Assembly (NCBI GenBank): GCA_003971905.1
Contig: RSEE01000042.1
Coordinates: 248,001 to 312,000, forward strand
DNA length: 64,000 bases
Direction of reading: 5' to 3'
Origin: Moniliella sp. 'wahieum'
Lineage: Eukaryota
The translations under genes and the position numbers were made by a program. Numbering within the stretch: the first letter of the stretch is position 1; each line of letters opens with the position of its first letter. Of this stretch, positions 36,488 through 49,821 are shown in pieces. The notes beneath the pieces are model-generated. The model saw only the letters and a program-made list of their open reading frames with translations. It was not told where the DNA came from and searched no databases.

Positions 36488-37898
36488 ATGCCGCCCACGC
36501 CGCACCCGCTCGTCCTCGACCCCTCCTTCCCGGCCTATGCCGCCCCACCCGCCCCGCCACGGCGCCACCCAGCCCGCGCCGCCGCCGCACCCGCCCCCCC
36601 CCCCGCGCGCAGCCTGGTCGCCGTCAAGTACAACTTCAAGCCCGAGTCGATGCATGACGACTGGCTCGGCGTCCTGCACTGCGACCCCGACGGCGAGGCG
36701 CAGGAGTGGTGTCTCGAGCTCGAGACCGACTCCACCGCCCGCAGCCGCACCCCGCCTTCTGCCCCGACCCCCACCCCCCCCGCGGCCGACGCTGACGCCT
36801 CCTCGTCCACCATCCCTGCCAAGCGGCCGCACAAGGACGTGCATGCATTCAAAGGCCCGCAGAAAGAGTCGGTCGATTGCGTCTTGGTCTGGGACCCGGA
36901 CCAGCAGGTACGTCCCTTCCCTCCGTCTCTACTCCCCCTCTCCGCCACGCGGTGGTGCTAATTGGATCTGCTGCACCAGTCCTACCGCATCCTGCCCCTG
37001 GCATCGACGTTCAACTTGAAGCTTGACCGCTCCCACAGCGCCCTTTCTGCCCCAGCCGCAGCTGTGCTCAAGGGCGAACCTTACCGCCGCCCCTCCCCCT
37101 TGCCCGCAGCCCACAGCGCACCCAAGCTGCACCACCCGCCAATACCGGCAGTGGCGGTGCTGCAGGACTCGGACCCGTTGCCGAGTCCCAACCGACGCGA
37201 CAGTCCTTCTCTCGCCTCGGACCGCGGAACACCTCCCTTTGGCTCGCCAATCCCGACCAGGGTGCCACTCAGGGCCGCAGCCCCTCCACCACCCGACTGC
37301 GTCTCAAGAAACTGTCCAGGGTGAGCAACAGTGCCACCCACCGTACCCCCGTCCTACCTACCCTGGGCACCAGCCCCGCTCATTCCCCCAGCCCGATACG
37401 GACACCGCAACCGACAATGCGGCGCCCCCCCCACCCAAATCCAAGCCCAAAGCCAAACCCAAACCTAAACCCAAACCACCCAAGCCGACCAAGACTCAGA
37501 CCAAGGCCAAACCCAAGGCCAAACCCAAGACCAAGGCGGCACCGGGTGCCACTACTACGCCTGCCGCCACAGGTTTGGGGTTAGGCTTGGGCCTCAGCTT
37601 GCCTGGCCAACAGGACCCGGCTCCCTCGCAGTGGAGGAAGGGCGCGGCGCAGTCGGATGGCTCTGACGATTCGGACATTGACGATTTTGCTGCCGAGTTG
37701 GATGCTGGCTTGGAACCCGCCGACGAGGGGGAAGCCGAAGCCGAAGGCGATGGCGAATACGAAGATGATGGTAATGGGGAAGCGGAGGGGGAAGGTGAGG
37801 GCCAAGGTGAAGGTGAAGGTGACTTTCCGACTCGTCGGGCTTTGATGACGATTGAATTCGATTGCTATCGGGACCGCGTGAATCCTAGTAGGGCCTAG
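36488..37898 (+). CDS. ELL-associated factor (EAF) N-terminal domain protein, Pol II elongation; intron ~36908-36979; 3' end approximate
   Basis: VAVKYNFKPESM...FKGPQKE.VDCVLVWDP..Q|SYRILPLASTFNLK matches the EAF domain, followed by PK repeats and acidic DIDDFAAELDAGL. Confidence 0.75.
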
Positions 37899-38372
37899 GG
37901 TACGTTCAGACGTTCAGCGTTCAAATCAGGTCTTTCCGTTCCAAGCTTCAGGCCTCCTGACCTCAGGCTTCAGCATGTTGAGCTGAGCGTGACGCCGCCA
38001 TTGTCCATCCTGATTCTATCAGTGGTCTGAGAGACCCTTCGTCTTGTTATATCGTTGGCTTCGTCGCCCACTTGGATGTGCATTGGGTGGTTTCGATAGG
38101 CCCACATGCGAGCTACGTCTGTGTTGTCCACCCAACTCCGGCGTATCCTCTCTCCAGGCAACCTTCTATCGTCTGCAGGACGGTGCGCACAGCGTGCATT
38201 CGATGGGGAGGCAGAATGGGTGCCGCCGGGGCCCGGGATTGTCCCTCGTCTGGCCTATTGTAAACCAGCGTGGGGGGACACTGGCCAGGTGCTCGCCCAG
38301 GCTGGGTCGCCACGGCAGCTAGCTAGTTTCATTGACTTCAATAAGAGTGTGGTAGATTGGCCCCCCATATAG

Positions 38373-38424
38373 CCCTCTCCCATTACCGGTCCCCCTCTCC
38401 CATTACCGGTCCCCCCTCTCCCAT
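38373..38424. repeat. Short tandem repeat, ~2.5 x 20 bp (CCCTCTCCCATTACCGGTCC)
   Basis: Directly visible duplication in the intergenic region. Confidence 0.9.
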
Positions 38425-38722
38425 CACTCGTCTCTACATCCTCCCTGTCCCCAATCCATCCTATCTATGGGCATGAAGCTAGCAACCCGCTACGCCGCAC
38501 CAACAGCGAAAGATATTGAGACGTTGAGTGGCGCAAGCCAGATGTCGAATGGAATGCAGTGGAGTCGATTCTCCGCGCAGGAAGAACCAAGGAAAAAGCG
38601 AATGGGAATGGGAATGCAACGCAACGCACATACAGGCGGAGGACAAAAACAACAGAACTTGGTACAGGCAAACATCATACTTCAAGCGTCAGGCTTCAGC
38701 GACGCTTCCAACTTCAATCGGC

Positions 38723-41486
38723 CTAGGAGATTGAGTTGAACGTGACCAGCAGGTCTTCAAATGTGATGGGCAACCCAGTGGAGCTGCCGTACGGCCCGCC
38801 ACTGCCAAACATTGGTTGCACCTCGGGAACTTGCAGGAGCGCTTCCAACTCTGGGGGAACCATGGGCGCAGTGGTGGCGGTAGGGGCAACGGGAAACAAG
38901 GAGGTGTTCAAATTTGCGTCGACCTGCGGTCGTTCGGCCTCCATACCACCTCCCCCCGCGTCCGCGTTGGGGCCATCGGAAGGCCCCATGATCGGGATCG
39001 GAACCAGAAGATTTCCAGGGGCCGCCGCGTTGGAGGGCGCGCCGGTCATGTCTGTCTCGTCAAACGAGAAAGAACCCCAAAATCGGTTCGGAGTTGGTTC
39101 ATCTCGGCCGACAAGCGGACGAGTTGGGTTGCTTGGCGCGTTCCTCGTCGGAGACCATGTGAGGGCAGGCGCTCGCGATGCGCGTGTGCCGCTCCAACTG
39201 GGTTAGGAGGGTAAAGGAAGTTCGAGACAGGGGCGAAATGCGGAACATGATGCCAGGTGCCGCGTCGGCCCACGTGTCGGACTGTAAGTCGGCAGGGCTG
39301 AGATGGATGCGATGAACCAAGTCGGTCCAGTACTCCATGAACGTAGAGATGAAGGACAGGGCGGCTTGGAAATAGGTGCGGCGACAGATGCCGAACTTGG
39401 GATCGGTCCAACCACGCGAATAGTGGTCCATGCAGGAACACCTGCAACCAAGAGTGCATCGAGCGAGCAATGATTAAGACCGAGACGAGGCGACGGCCCT
39501 CATTGAAAGGTTCCTCCAGCGCCTCCTTGAGTCGCAGCGGTATCACATCAACCAAGTTGTCCAGCCGTTTTTGTAGCGCCAGGGTATATTCAAACGATTC
39601 CTCCTCCCCCATCGCATCGCGACGGGTCGAGGCCATCGCGATCCGTACCAGCTCGAAACGGTACTTGTGCAGGTAAGACCAAGGTCCATCCATGCTCGCT
39701 TCGTCCCAGCTACTCTGGGAATAGAGAAAGGAAGGCGTAGCTGCCACTCGGTTGTCGCAGTTGATGATGGGCGCACGGCCAATCTTGATCGAACTAAAGC
39801 ATTCCAACAGCACCACACTTACCCACAGATTCATCCGGTCCATGAGCACATCGTTGGCACAGCCTGGAGGAGGGTCCCGCTCCAGGCCCGTTGCCAGTGC
39901 GTCCTGGGTTAGGACAGAGGTGAAGATGTTGGGGGTCCAAGAGGCGCACGACTGGAATAGGACTTGATACGTGACCAAGCCGATGCGGATCGTGTCCAGC
40001 GTCGGCCGTTCGTGGTGGTCCAACACACACAGCAAACGGAAGGTCAGCATGAGAAATTTCCGGATGGGCGTCTCGTAGCGTTGGCGAAATTGACGAAACA
40101 GCTGCACATCGAACGAGTGGATCAAGCCCACCACCATCACTGCCAAAACCAACGCTAAAAACGTCGTCTCGGCCCGGATCGACTCGCTCCACTCCACATT
40201 GCCTTCGCGGCAAGTGCGAATGAAAGCCTCGTGCTTGGAGAATTGGCGCCAGAATTTGGTCTCGTTCACCACGGGCAGCAAGGCATCGGCCTCCTTGAAC
40301 TAAAACAGCACATCGTCAGTCAGCCCTGCGGATACGCCAGAAACAAAAGGGAGAAGAGGACGCAAGGACGCACGTAAACAGAGCAGCACGTCCGCACCGC
40401 TCTGCGTCGGGGTACAGGTCGAGCACCTCACCAAGGATCTTGGACCGAGCCTGCGTCGACGCGGCCGCACTGGTATCAGAGCGGATGAGGGTGATCAAAG
40501 CTTGCGCCTTGGTATCCAATTTCCTCGTTGGGGGCGGGGATGTACCCTGGGGGCTAGGGGCCGAGCGGGATAGGTCTTCAGGGACAGAGACAGGGGTGTA
40601 TTCCGTGTGAGGCGTCCTAGGTGGGTGGGGGTCGTTTTCCTGCGTCATCACCTTATCCGAGATTCGGATCAACAGGGTCTCGAGTTTCTCTAGTCGATCC
40701 TGAAGTGAGCCTTGTGAAGTGCTTGGTTCACTGCCAACATGTCAAAGAAGGATCAGCATACCCGTCTAAATGTCAAGGGGAGGAGGGGAGGACATACGGC
40801 AAGACCACGCCCTCTTCCAGCGCACATTGGCGAGCCTCATTGCGGTTGACACAGGCAGAACAAGGGATTTTCTTGTCACACTTGAGCTTCCGTCGGCGGC
40901 AGTTGCTGCAAGCAGAAGGGCGGAGGGGGAAGCTATTAGGCCCGGGGACCTTGTCGTCGTTGCCGAACGTTTCGGGCGGGGTGGCCACACGATTACGAAG
41001 AGCAGGGGGGTGCCAGCTAGGTTCGACGCGGACTGGGTGGGGCGACGGCGCTTGCCTGTCGTAGACGTGGAGAGGGCCGAGGCAAGCGGGGGGGCGGGGG
41101 GAGGGGCAGCGGGGGCGATGGCGGGGCGGAAGAGGAGGAGAAGGAGGCCGTGGAGGCGGGCGCAGGTGCTAGTGGCGGGAGCAGCGGGGGAGCGAGAGGC
41201 GCTGGCAGGGACGGAGGCGCGCCCTGGCCGGCGGGAAAGAGGGTGCGGGCCGAGGAGGCGGGCGGGTAGGACAGGAAGGAGTGGGATGCGATGGAGGCGG
41301 GTGGCGGGGCAGGATACCCGCTGGCGGAGGCGGCGGGCGCGTCGAGGGGAAAGGGCAGGGGGAGGGCGGGAGGCAGCGGCAGCGGCGGCGGCGGGTAGGG
41401 GCGCGGGGGGATGGAGCGCAGGCTGGGCGGCGTGTGGAGCTGTGGAGCGGCGCGGGCGGCTGCTGCTGGTGCGGAGGCGTGTTCAT
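38723..41486 (-). CDS. Zn(II)2Cys6 fungal transcription factor with middle-homology region; introns, frameshifts
   Basis: SACSNCRRRKLKCDKKIPCSACVNRNEARQC (~40825-40917), helical fungal-TF region (FLALVLAVMVVG...LATGLERDP...RMNLWVSVVLLECFSSIKIGRAPII), Pro-rich N-terminus and acidic C-terminus ITFEDLL. Confidence 0.9.
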
Positions 41487-43406
41487 GGCGAGCAGGAGCG
41501 AGCGGGGGTGGGCACACACGCACACTCGTCCTCGCCGCCTCGCCCGGCCTTGGCGGGCCACGGGGCCCAGGCCAGCGGTCAGCAGTAAATATTCCCCAGG
41601 AGACGCCGAGCCCAAGTGGCACTGCGGCAGGGGGGCAGTGTGCGGCCCGTCTGCCTCGGACTTTACAGTCGAGGATGCTGCAGTTGCCCCGTTGCGCCGC
41701 CGAAGCCCTTCCGCTGCCGAGTAACGCTTGGGCTACGCCGGCGGCCACGCCCAAGATGCTACCACGCGTCGCCCCCGCTGGAGACCCACCCACGCAGGCC
41801 GCCTAGGCGGCCGTGCTTCTGGCGCGAGTGATAGTCCACCATTCCATAATACCCCTTTCCCCCGCACCATCTCGCCGTGGTCCATTCTCCCTGCGCGGTA
41901 GGGTTGAGCAAACTTTTATGTCCGGTGCTCAGCGCACTCAGCTCGCGAAGAGGCTGTGAGCCGCGGGCCGCGGGATGCGCTTACTGAAATGAGTCGGTCG
42001 TATCCCGCTTACTTCCTCAGACCGCCGCCACTTTGACAAGTCTTGGCTGGCAGTTCACAATAACTACACCTGGCTCTCCTCTATGCCTGCAGCCGAGTGC
42101 CTCCAGCTGACCGATAAGCAAGGCCAGGTTCACCTCCCACTCCCAACCCTGTCTGTTCTTCTGTCCTGGCAAATGCAAAAATGTGAACTGTTGCCGCCGG
42201 CTTTTTGAATAGCAGCTTGAATAAAATACCCACGAGTTAATCCTGACGATTGGGTGCACACCAACACTAACCGACCCGAACGGCTGGCGCCCAGCGCTGA
42301 ATGTCACCGGTATCTACGGTATATAATACCCCCCTTTCACTTTGCGCTCACCTCATCCTGGCTTGACGCTTTGTCTGACTTATTTGAGACCCACTTCTGT
42401 CTGTCTCTTTATGTTTGGGTGGTGGGGCGCCATCGTATACCCGCGCGCTGCATCCGCCTTGGAAAGGATTGGGGGGAACGAGACGGTTGTGGCGTACTGG
42501 CGATTCCCACGGATGCCCTGATGGGTTAGTATGATAACAGCAGACAGCCCCAAAGCTGTGGATGGGCGCCGAGCTTGTTATATATTGGCGCAGGGGGGTG
42601 CTTTGTCCCACAGCCATGTGAAGCTGATGTGTAACTATATGGCTTCAACAGTAGGATGTGTGTTATTGCCACGGGCGTCGGCTCCCGTCATGTACCCTTG
42701 TGATGTCTCCGACAAACTCTCTCTGTTACGTGCATACTAGCAGCGTGAACAACGACGGATGAGAGGTTGATTGGCGCAAGTCGCTGCTTATGGTGAACGT
42801 TCCCGTTCATCGATGAAGAAAACCCTCCACCAAGACTCACGGCACCTGCACATTTCCCTCCCTGGTCGGCGAGAAGCGTACTTTACCGGTGAGGCACTGT
42901 TCTGTAGGTTGAGAACATGTCATGGCAGTTCCTCAGCATCAGCGCCAATGGCTGGACGAACAATCTTTTCCCCCGGATCAGGTCGATTCGATCAGGGAAC
43001 TAGAATTTTTCTGCCAAACGACAAAAATCGAACCAACAGACCGCCTGTCTGTGCCCGCATTCGCTTCCCCAAACAGCTGATGTTCCAATACATTTGTAAG
43101 GAACGTGGGCGATCAGGGCAAGCAAAGGAGGGGAATCCAAATGGATGATGAGAAATGGAATCCGTCCGTGACACCAGGTGGAAGGGGAAGTCGCAAGAGC
43201 AGCGCCAAAAAAAGGGGATAGGAAAGACACCAAGCCATGTTCTGGACGAAGCAGATACATGGATAGCTGGCCGCACATGAATAGCAGTGAGAGAAATAAG
43301 GAAGTGAGAACGGTATGATTGGCACTTTTCGCCTTGCTGGAGGGTTAAACGAATGTGGGAAAAGAATAGGAGGAAGGAAGGTAGGGGAGGGGGCAGGGTG
43401 AAGGGG

Positions 43407-44774
43407 TTAGAGCAGAGCTGCCCCAGCAAGCAGGGCGACCGAGAGAGTCAACCCTTGGGCAAGCAACGACTTGGTCCCGGCGGCGGGGGAGTGGGAGCTG
43501 GTAGTGCTTGACCCGGCAGCCGAGCTGGGACTGGCTGCTGCTGCGCTCGAACCAGCATTGGACCCGGCGCTGGAGGCAGAAGTGCTGCTGGCAACAACGG
43601 AGGAGCTGGTCGGGTGACAGGGGGAGCAACGTAGTCAATACCCTTCAAGCCGTTGCTGATCGTCGCAATGGCCGTGCAGGAGCTGGCAGTAGGGTAAGAG
43701 TATGGCGCCGAGGGAGTCACCTGGTCCGACTGGGCGTTCTGGAACGAGTAGGCCGTGGCACCAACAGTGTAGACGCCAGAGAAGTACTGTGGAACGTCGA
43801 CGTCGACCCATCGGGCTGCGGGTAGAGACCGGGCGGGTACGCCGAGTCGGATTCGCACGACTCGAACGTGCCGTTGGCAATGTAGGTCTGAGCCATGACA
43901 AATCCGCATCCCATCTCGTCCAGCGTGTGCTGGCACTCGACCGACGGCGTCGCTTCGTCCGAACCGGCAATGCACACTCGGAAGCACATTTCCGAAACGG
44001 AGATGTAGTTCATCCACTCTTCGTAGAACACATCCGTTGCCATCCACAATGTTCGAGGTGACGTTGCCGCCCACGGGGTTGCCCATGTTGGTCGCACCGT
44101 GCGGGTCAAGCTCGCCACCCATGTCACCAGGGGCCATGTTGATCTTGGTAAAGTCACCCAGCGCGTACAGCTGAATGTAGAGGGGCGTCTTGACAAACTG
44201 CACTGCTGTCACCGTCCCGTCGGGCTGGCCAAAGAGGAGGGAAAAGTCAGCTTGGCCAACAGCCAGGAGAAGAAGAGGTAGAAAACACATACAATCACGC
44301 GCGCATTGTTGCGAGGCTTGGTGCAATAGGCAACCGTGGTGGCCTCGAGGAAGCCCATGGATTGAGTGTTGTTGAGGGGCGCGGGACCAAAGGTGCACCA
44401 GTCGTCCACGCCATTGATGGTGGCAAGGCGGGCGTCCGAGGACTGGTTGACAGGCGTGTTGAGCGTCGGCTGGGTGGGGTTGGTTGGGCCGTTCTTGCCA
44501 CGGCCCTGGACGCCCAGTAGGTGTTGCTGGGAGTGCCGTAGGTGAAAGGTTTGGGGTCGACGGTGGACCAGACGCCAGCACTGCTCGTCACGGTGGCACT
44601 GGAGGGAAGAGGCATCGTCGTCACGATACTGACGGACGAGGAGGACTTGGAGGCGGCGCGGCGGAAAACGGGGGTGGCAGCAGGGTTGTTGGGGTGGAAA
44701 GCAAGCCCCCGGGCCGAGGCGGTACCGGCCGCAGCAAGGGCGGCAGTAACAAGGGCAGCGCCAGTGACGTGCAT
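43407..44774 (-). CDS. Secreted GPI-anchored mannoprotein, Cryptococcus MP88 / macrophage-activating-glycoprotein family; one intron, frameshifts
   Basis: Signal peptide MHVTGAALVTAALAAAGTASA, INGVDDWCTFGP, VAYCTKPRNNARVI|PDGTVTAVQFVKTP.Y, GDFTKIN...GGELDPHGA...GNPVGG, EWMNYIS...CFRVC, CQHTLDEMGCGFVM. Ser/Ala-rich tail and hydrophobic end LLAQGLTLSVALLAGAALL*. Confidence 0.85.
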
Positions 44775-45289
44775 CGTAACGAAAGACAAGAGGAGAAAGG
44801 GGAGGACGAAGCAGGTGGTGGTGGGGGCAAGAAAGGCGCGGCTTGGTCGGGCGGGGCGGAGTGGAGTGAGAAGGAGGGGTGGATGTTATGCCCTTGGAAG
44901 CGCGGCCAGGTTGGGGCGAGCCGAGTCGTGGGGACTGGTCTGAGGCCAGTGGGCCGAGGCACTGCGCTGCGCTGTGGCGCGGGGGCACGGGGGTAGTGTG
45001 TGGACAAGGGGCGTGGTTGCTTGTGCAGGAAGGTGCCTGAGGCTGGGAGGGGAAGGGCTAGGCTGTCGGCCTGGCTCTGGCCCCCGGCTGAGCCTGCACC
45101 AGGCCGCACACGGCAGGCCAGGCACCCTGGCGCTGCCGACCGCTGCCGGCGTGCCGCAGGGGGCGGCAGTCGGCAGCAGTGGCGCGGCATCGCTGATGGG
45201 CTGCCTGCCGGGCGCACCAGGGCGCACCTGCGCATCCGCCAGCACCTGGCCAGTGTCACGGATCATGCAGTCAGCACAGGTCCAGCGCT

Positions 45290-46030
45290 GATCGCGCATC
45301 ATGCATCCGCCCTCATGCATCATAAACAGTCGCACTGCGCCTGCGTGGCCCATGCATGTGGCACCAGAGCTGCGGTGGGCATGACATGTGACACCGAGCT
45401 GTCACATGTCAATCCCCGCCCATGCAGGCGCGCCTGCGCTGCGGTGCCCCCCGAAACCCATCCGCACCAACAATGCATGGGCCACCCGCAGCTCTCGGCT
45501 GGCTGGATACCGATTGTCGATTGTCGCCCCAGCCCACTGTCAGCCCCCTGTCGAGTGCGACACATGGCACGCGACGCGTGACATGGGACGGTCACATGTC
45601 AGCCTGCCGCATGTCACATGTCTCATGTCAGACGTCCTATCGAAGGCACAGACCCCCTGCCTCCAGCCCCCTAGCATCCACACCGAAATGCGCGCGTGCG
45701 CCCCTTCCAGCCTGGCGCGGTCCAGCTCCCTCGGCGCCGATCTGTCCGTCATGCCATGCCGATGAGCCTCTGGGCGTAGGTGAAGTTGGTGACTACCGAC
45801 TCCTGACTCGTGACTAGCGCGGCCTGAGGCTCAGTTCAAGCTTCACTCAGTACTCAACACGCACACAACAAGCTTCGTGCTCTTCAAGAGCTAGCTTCAA
45901 GCTTCAAGCTCTTCAAGCCTCAAAATGGCCCATCGATCGCTCATCGATGAGGCTCAGCGCGCTCATCGCGCCCATCGCGCTTCTGAGAGCAGTCAGTAGC
46001 TAGTCAGTCTGAGATTCTGAGCAGACATCT
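45290..46030. repeat. Dense array of palindromic-hexamer / TGA-TCA heptamer motifs
   Basis: CATGACATGTGAC, GTCACATGTCA, CATGTCACATGTCTCATGTCA, TTCAAGCTTCACTCAGTACTCA, AGCTTCAAGCTTCAAGCT, CTCATCGATGAG. Confidence 0.85.
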
Positions 46031-47085
46031 GATCCGTGGTCCATGCATGGAATGGCACGTGCAGCCGCCGATTGCCAATCCAGTCCAAGGATCGGCATTG
46101 CCCTATCATTATAATGGCACGATTAGGACCATCGCAACATGCAACAGACCATAGACCATCGCAGGCCATCCATCATCGGTGTCAGCCAGAGCAGCACCTG
46201 TGGAGGCTGATCGCAAGGCGACGAGGGTACTGGTATTGAAGCTTTTGAAGACTGAGTAACCGAGTAAGTGGCCAATACATACGGATGTAGATCTCTCAGA
46301 TCTGAGAAGAAGGATAAGAAGGAGGAGTGGCACAAGGTCAGATGATAGGGATACTGGCGTCGTGCCCGGATGTGTAAGAGGGTCAGAGGGTGACCTCGGA
46401 GGTGTGGCTGGCCAATTGACCCCTTCTGCTGGTCAACACCACGCTAATGCGCGCTGCCCGCCCACACAATCCAGTTTTCCATCCAACCTTCTGTCACTAT
46501 CGCTGCGTTCCCTATTTCATGCACCATGGCAGCTTCCCTTGGCCTCTCTGGACCGCGGCATGCGCATCTGCCCTGCACGTTGCACAGAAGACCGACTGCT
46601 TCGGATTCTTCGGTTCCTGATACACTCCCACGAACTCTGCGTACTCGATGATCATTGGTCACATGATTGGCCGCCGGTTACCGACTCCGCCTAGTACATC
46701 GCATGCCACATGTCACGCGTGGCGGCAGTGGCCCCAGGAGCAGGACCGCGCAGGCAGCGGCAGCGCGCCAGTGTCCAAATGATCGGCACGCGAGCTGTTC
46801 GCGGGAGCCAATGGCTGGCCGGCACAACGCAACAGAAGAAGGATGCGGTGCAGCGAACCCGAGCGGCCACCAACGCCGCCTGGCTCGAGATACTAGGCCT
46901 AGGATCCCGCCGGCTGGAGAGTGGCAGGAGTGGCTCCGTGGCTCAGCGGCTCAGCGCTCGTACTTCGTGCGTTGCTACAGGTCGATGACCCGACTGACAA
47001 AACCGTGCAACATCGCTTGTATACCGCTGCACTCGCCTTTTCTCTCATCCTATACACCTCGATCGAGAGTGGTAATCAATATTCA

Positions 47086-47339
47086 ATGTCCTTATCCCCA
47101 CCTCGTATGACCTGCTCGTCCCTGAGCACAGCACCGGCACTACCGCAGAGCTGAAGTTCCTCTTCCTCGGCATTGCATCCCTCCTCTGGCACTTCTTCGT
47201 TGTGGTGCTCCTCTGCGCTGTGTGTGTAACGGGGTTGCTGGCTTCCCATTGCAGGCAAAGACCTCTGCCCATCGGAGACGATACTCACGGAGGACTGGAC
47301 GCGTTTTTCATATCCAAATTCCCAGGAACACTGGCGTGA
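47086..47339 (+). CDS. Candidate ~84-aa single-pass membrane protein (requires one extra C in the C-run near 47096-47099)
   Basis: MSLSP[T]SYDLLVPEHSTGTTAELKFLFLGIASLLWHFFVVVLLCAVCVTGLLASHCRQRPLP...PGTLA*. Long hydrophobic stretch followed by basic residues. No homology recognised. Confidence 0.3.
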
Positions 47340-49821
47340 ACGTAGGAAGAGGGGTTTGCGAGTAGTGTTTTACTGTTCGTCGGGCAGACTATTCAGCGTC
47401 CGTAAGGAGGTTGCACTTTAGGGGCCGCACCAGAAAGCGGGGAGTTCATATGGGCGAGGGAGGGCAAGCGGAGCTGATCGGAAAGGTCGTTCTTCTAGGG
47501 TGGAGTTTACCTAGAAGAAGGATGAAGGGGAAGAGAGAGAATGGTAGCGGCTTAGGCCATTACAATTGAATGTAGGAACAGGCAGGTTTTACAGAAGAAG
47601 GGGAGAAAAGAAAAGGCCAACAAGTCTACAGCACAAAAGGGAAGAAGTAAAGGCGAGGCGACGGTCAAGGACAAAGCGGGCCCAAGGCGAGAAAGGAGGC
47701 GAGAAAGCGAGTCGAAACCATGTGTAGTGTTTTGGATTTTTGACGAGCGCGAGCAGAGAAGAAATATTGTTGTGGGTTTCTGTAGATAGGCCGAGAATCC
47801 GAGTCACGATAGCGAAAGAAAGAGAACCTGAGTAGTGATAGAAAGAGAAGCCGAGAAGCGAGAGCGACGATAATTTAAGGAAGTGGAGGTGGCTGTGCAA
47901 AGCGACTATAATCGTCGCCCCGTGACACTGTGGGTCTTTCGGATTGACTGGAAGGTGTACCAGTCTTCCGGAGGAACAGCCGCTTATATGTGGCTGCAGC
48001 TGAACAGGCTGTAATCTGTCCCACCGCCCTTGTGGTCCTCCTCCCTCCTAGTCCACGGACCACAACACCAGAGAGCATCTCGCCTAGCCCACTCTCCCCC
48101 TGGGTCTCGGTACCAAAAGAAAGAGTATGATTGCCTGCCAGGAACTTGGGGCTTGGTTTCCTTTCCGTTCTGGTCTTACTACCAGGTTTACGTCCCTTCC
48201 TCCGAAATGATCCGAAGAAGATGGATATGGGTGACACTAACAACCGCGGTCTGCTGCTCCCATTCTCCAGACGCTTCCCCACCCTCGCCTATCCCACGGT
48301 GGCTCATACATTGTATACCTGAGCCTGCCTTCCAAGCTAACACTGGTCCGTATGCAGCTCTCCCTCCTCCCCAGCTGGCCGACAAGAATAGGACCGAGCG
48401 CACCCTCAGCATTCGTCACATCCTCAAGAAGACGGGTGCATTGGGAGCACCGTTTATAGACCATTTGCAGCGCAGCAGCACCCGCAGAAATATGTCGCTG
48501 TTTTGGTGACGAGCCGGTGGAGCCCAAGCGCACCACCCGGGTTCCCCTCTCCCGCGCCAAGACGCCTACGCCCACTGTTGGAACTCTGCCCCGGGCCGAA
48601 GAGAATCAGGTGATGCTGGACGTCTTTCGTGCCTCGATGCGACGGCTGATTGATGGTACTTTCTTCTGTCCCAACCTACCTTTTTATGGAATGGGTCTAA
48701 AGTCCTTTTTGTCGGCGATTCTCACTCATTTTCCCTAATACCCTCATACCGATCCCTGTATTCCCCCTGATCCCTGCCTGTGTCTATCTGATTCTGAGTT
48801 GTTTATTGGGTTTCCTGTCGTCTCGATATGAATGGTGGCTTTCGCCACCTCAGCTCTCGTCTATATATCTTCCTTATACATTCAATCACCTAGTTGTTGA
48901 GTGGGTGACCGACTTACGGCAACAGATGCGAATACTGTACAGTGCGGAGAGTTGCTTGTGCCCGCGCACCAGTCTGTTATGGATGTAACCCAACAAAGGG
49001 GGTTGTGGGAGGAAAACTGTATCGCCGCAACCACCATGCTGAAAGCAAATGATCTCGACAGTAGAGAATAGTTGGGATCTCCAAAACTATTTCATCTCAA
49101 AGCGATCGTATTTATATCGGCATCCTTTCCTATCATTACCTCTCTCTTGCTTGCACGGGAATCGTCAAACAATGTCACGGCCGCGCGTCACTTGAGCGCA
49201 CAAGAGGGTTGGCGTAACTTCGATGCTCTCGCCGATTGTGCGCATCCGGAGTCTTTTGGCCCACTGGATATACGGCCGAATTGGTACGCTCAGGGAGCCA
49301 ATGAGATGAGTGCGCTTGTCGATGTGGCGCGTGGGTCGGGGTTATACTAACAAAACGAGGACGGACCAAGATCGGTTGATAATAGTGTGACCGTAGTGTC
49401 TCCCACAGGGCGATCTTATGGTCATGTGAGAGGGGCGCCACGTCCAGTTTTGGCCACGAAAACCCATTGCAAGCCTGCAAGGCATCCAACGCACCGTTAC
49501 TGTCTGCCGTCATTTCAGCTTTAGCTATGGGAATGGCGATACTTCCCTGCTAGTGCTCTGCTAATAAAGCAAAAGGCACCCGCGACGAGCACACAATGAT
49601 GGGCGTGCCCACCACCCCGCCAGGGATCATGGGCTCTCTCTTGGGGAAGCTCATACCGCTATTAGAGTTCGGAGGAACAATCCCTTCGCAGTGGATCGGT
49701 CGTTGTTCATGGAGTGACCGTAGTCCCAATGGACCGAGGCCCTGTTGCGCCCGCGTTATAATCGATGTCTACTCTTGTTCCAGCCAATAAATGGTACACA
49801 GGTTGGATGCAATACATGGCT

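Noticed and set aside
35404..37019. Long overlapping Arg/Pro/Gly-rich ORFs on both strands
   Set aside because: Shadow frames of very GC-rich COX18 and EAF 5' regions.
43144..43260. GATGATGA as a snoRNA C box
   Set aside because: No suitably placed CTGA D box, terminal stem or rRNA-antisense element.
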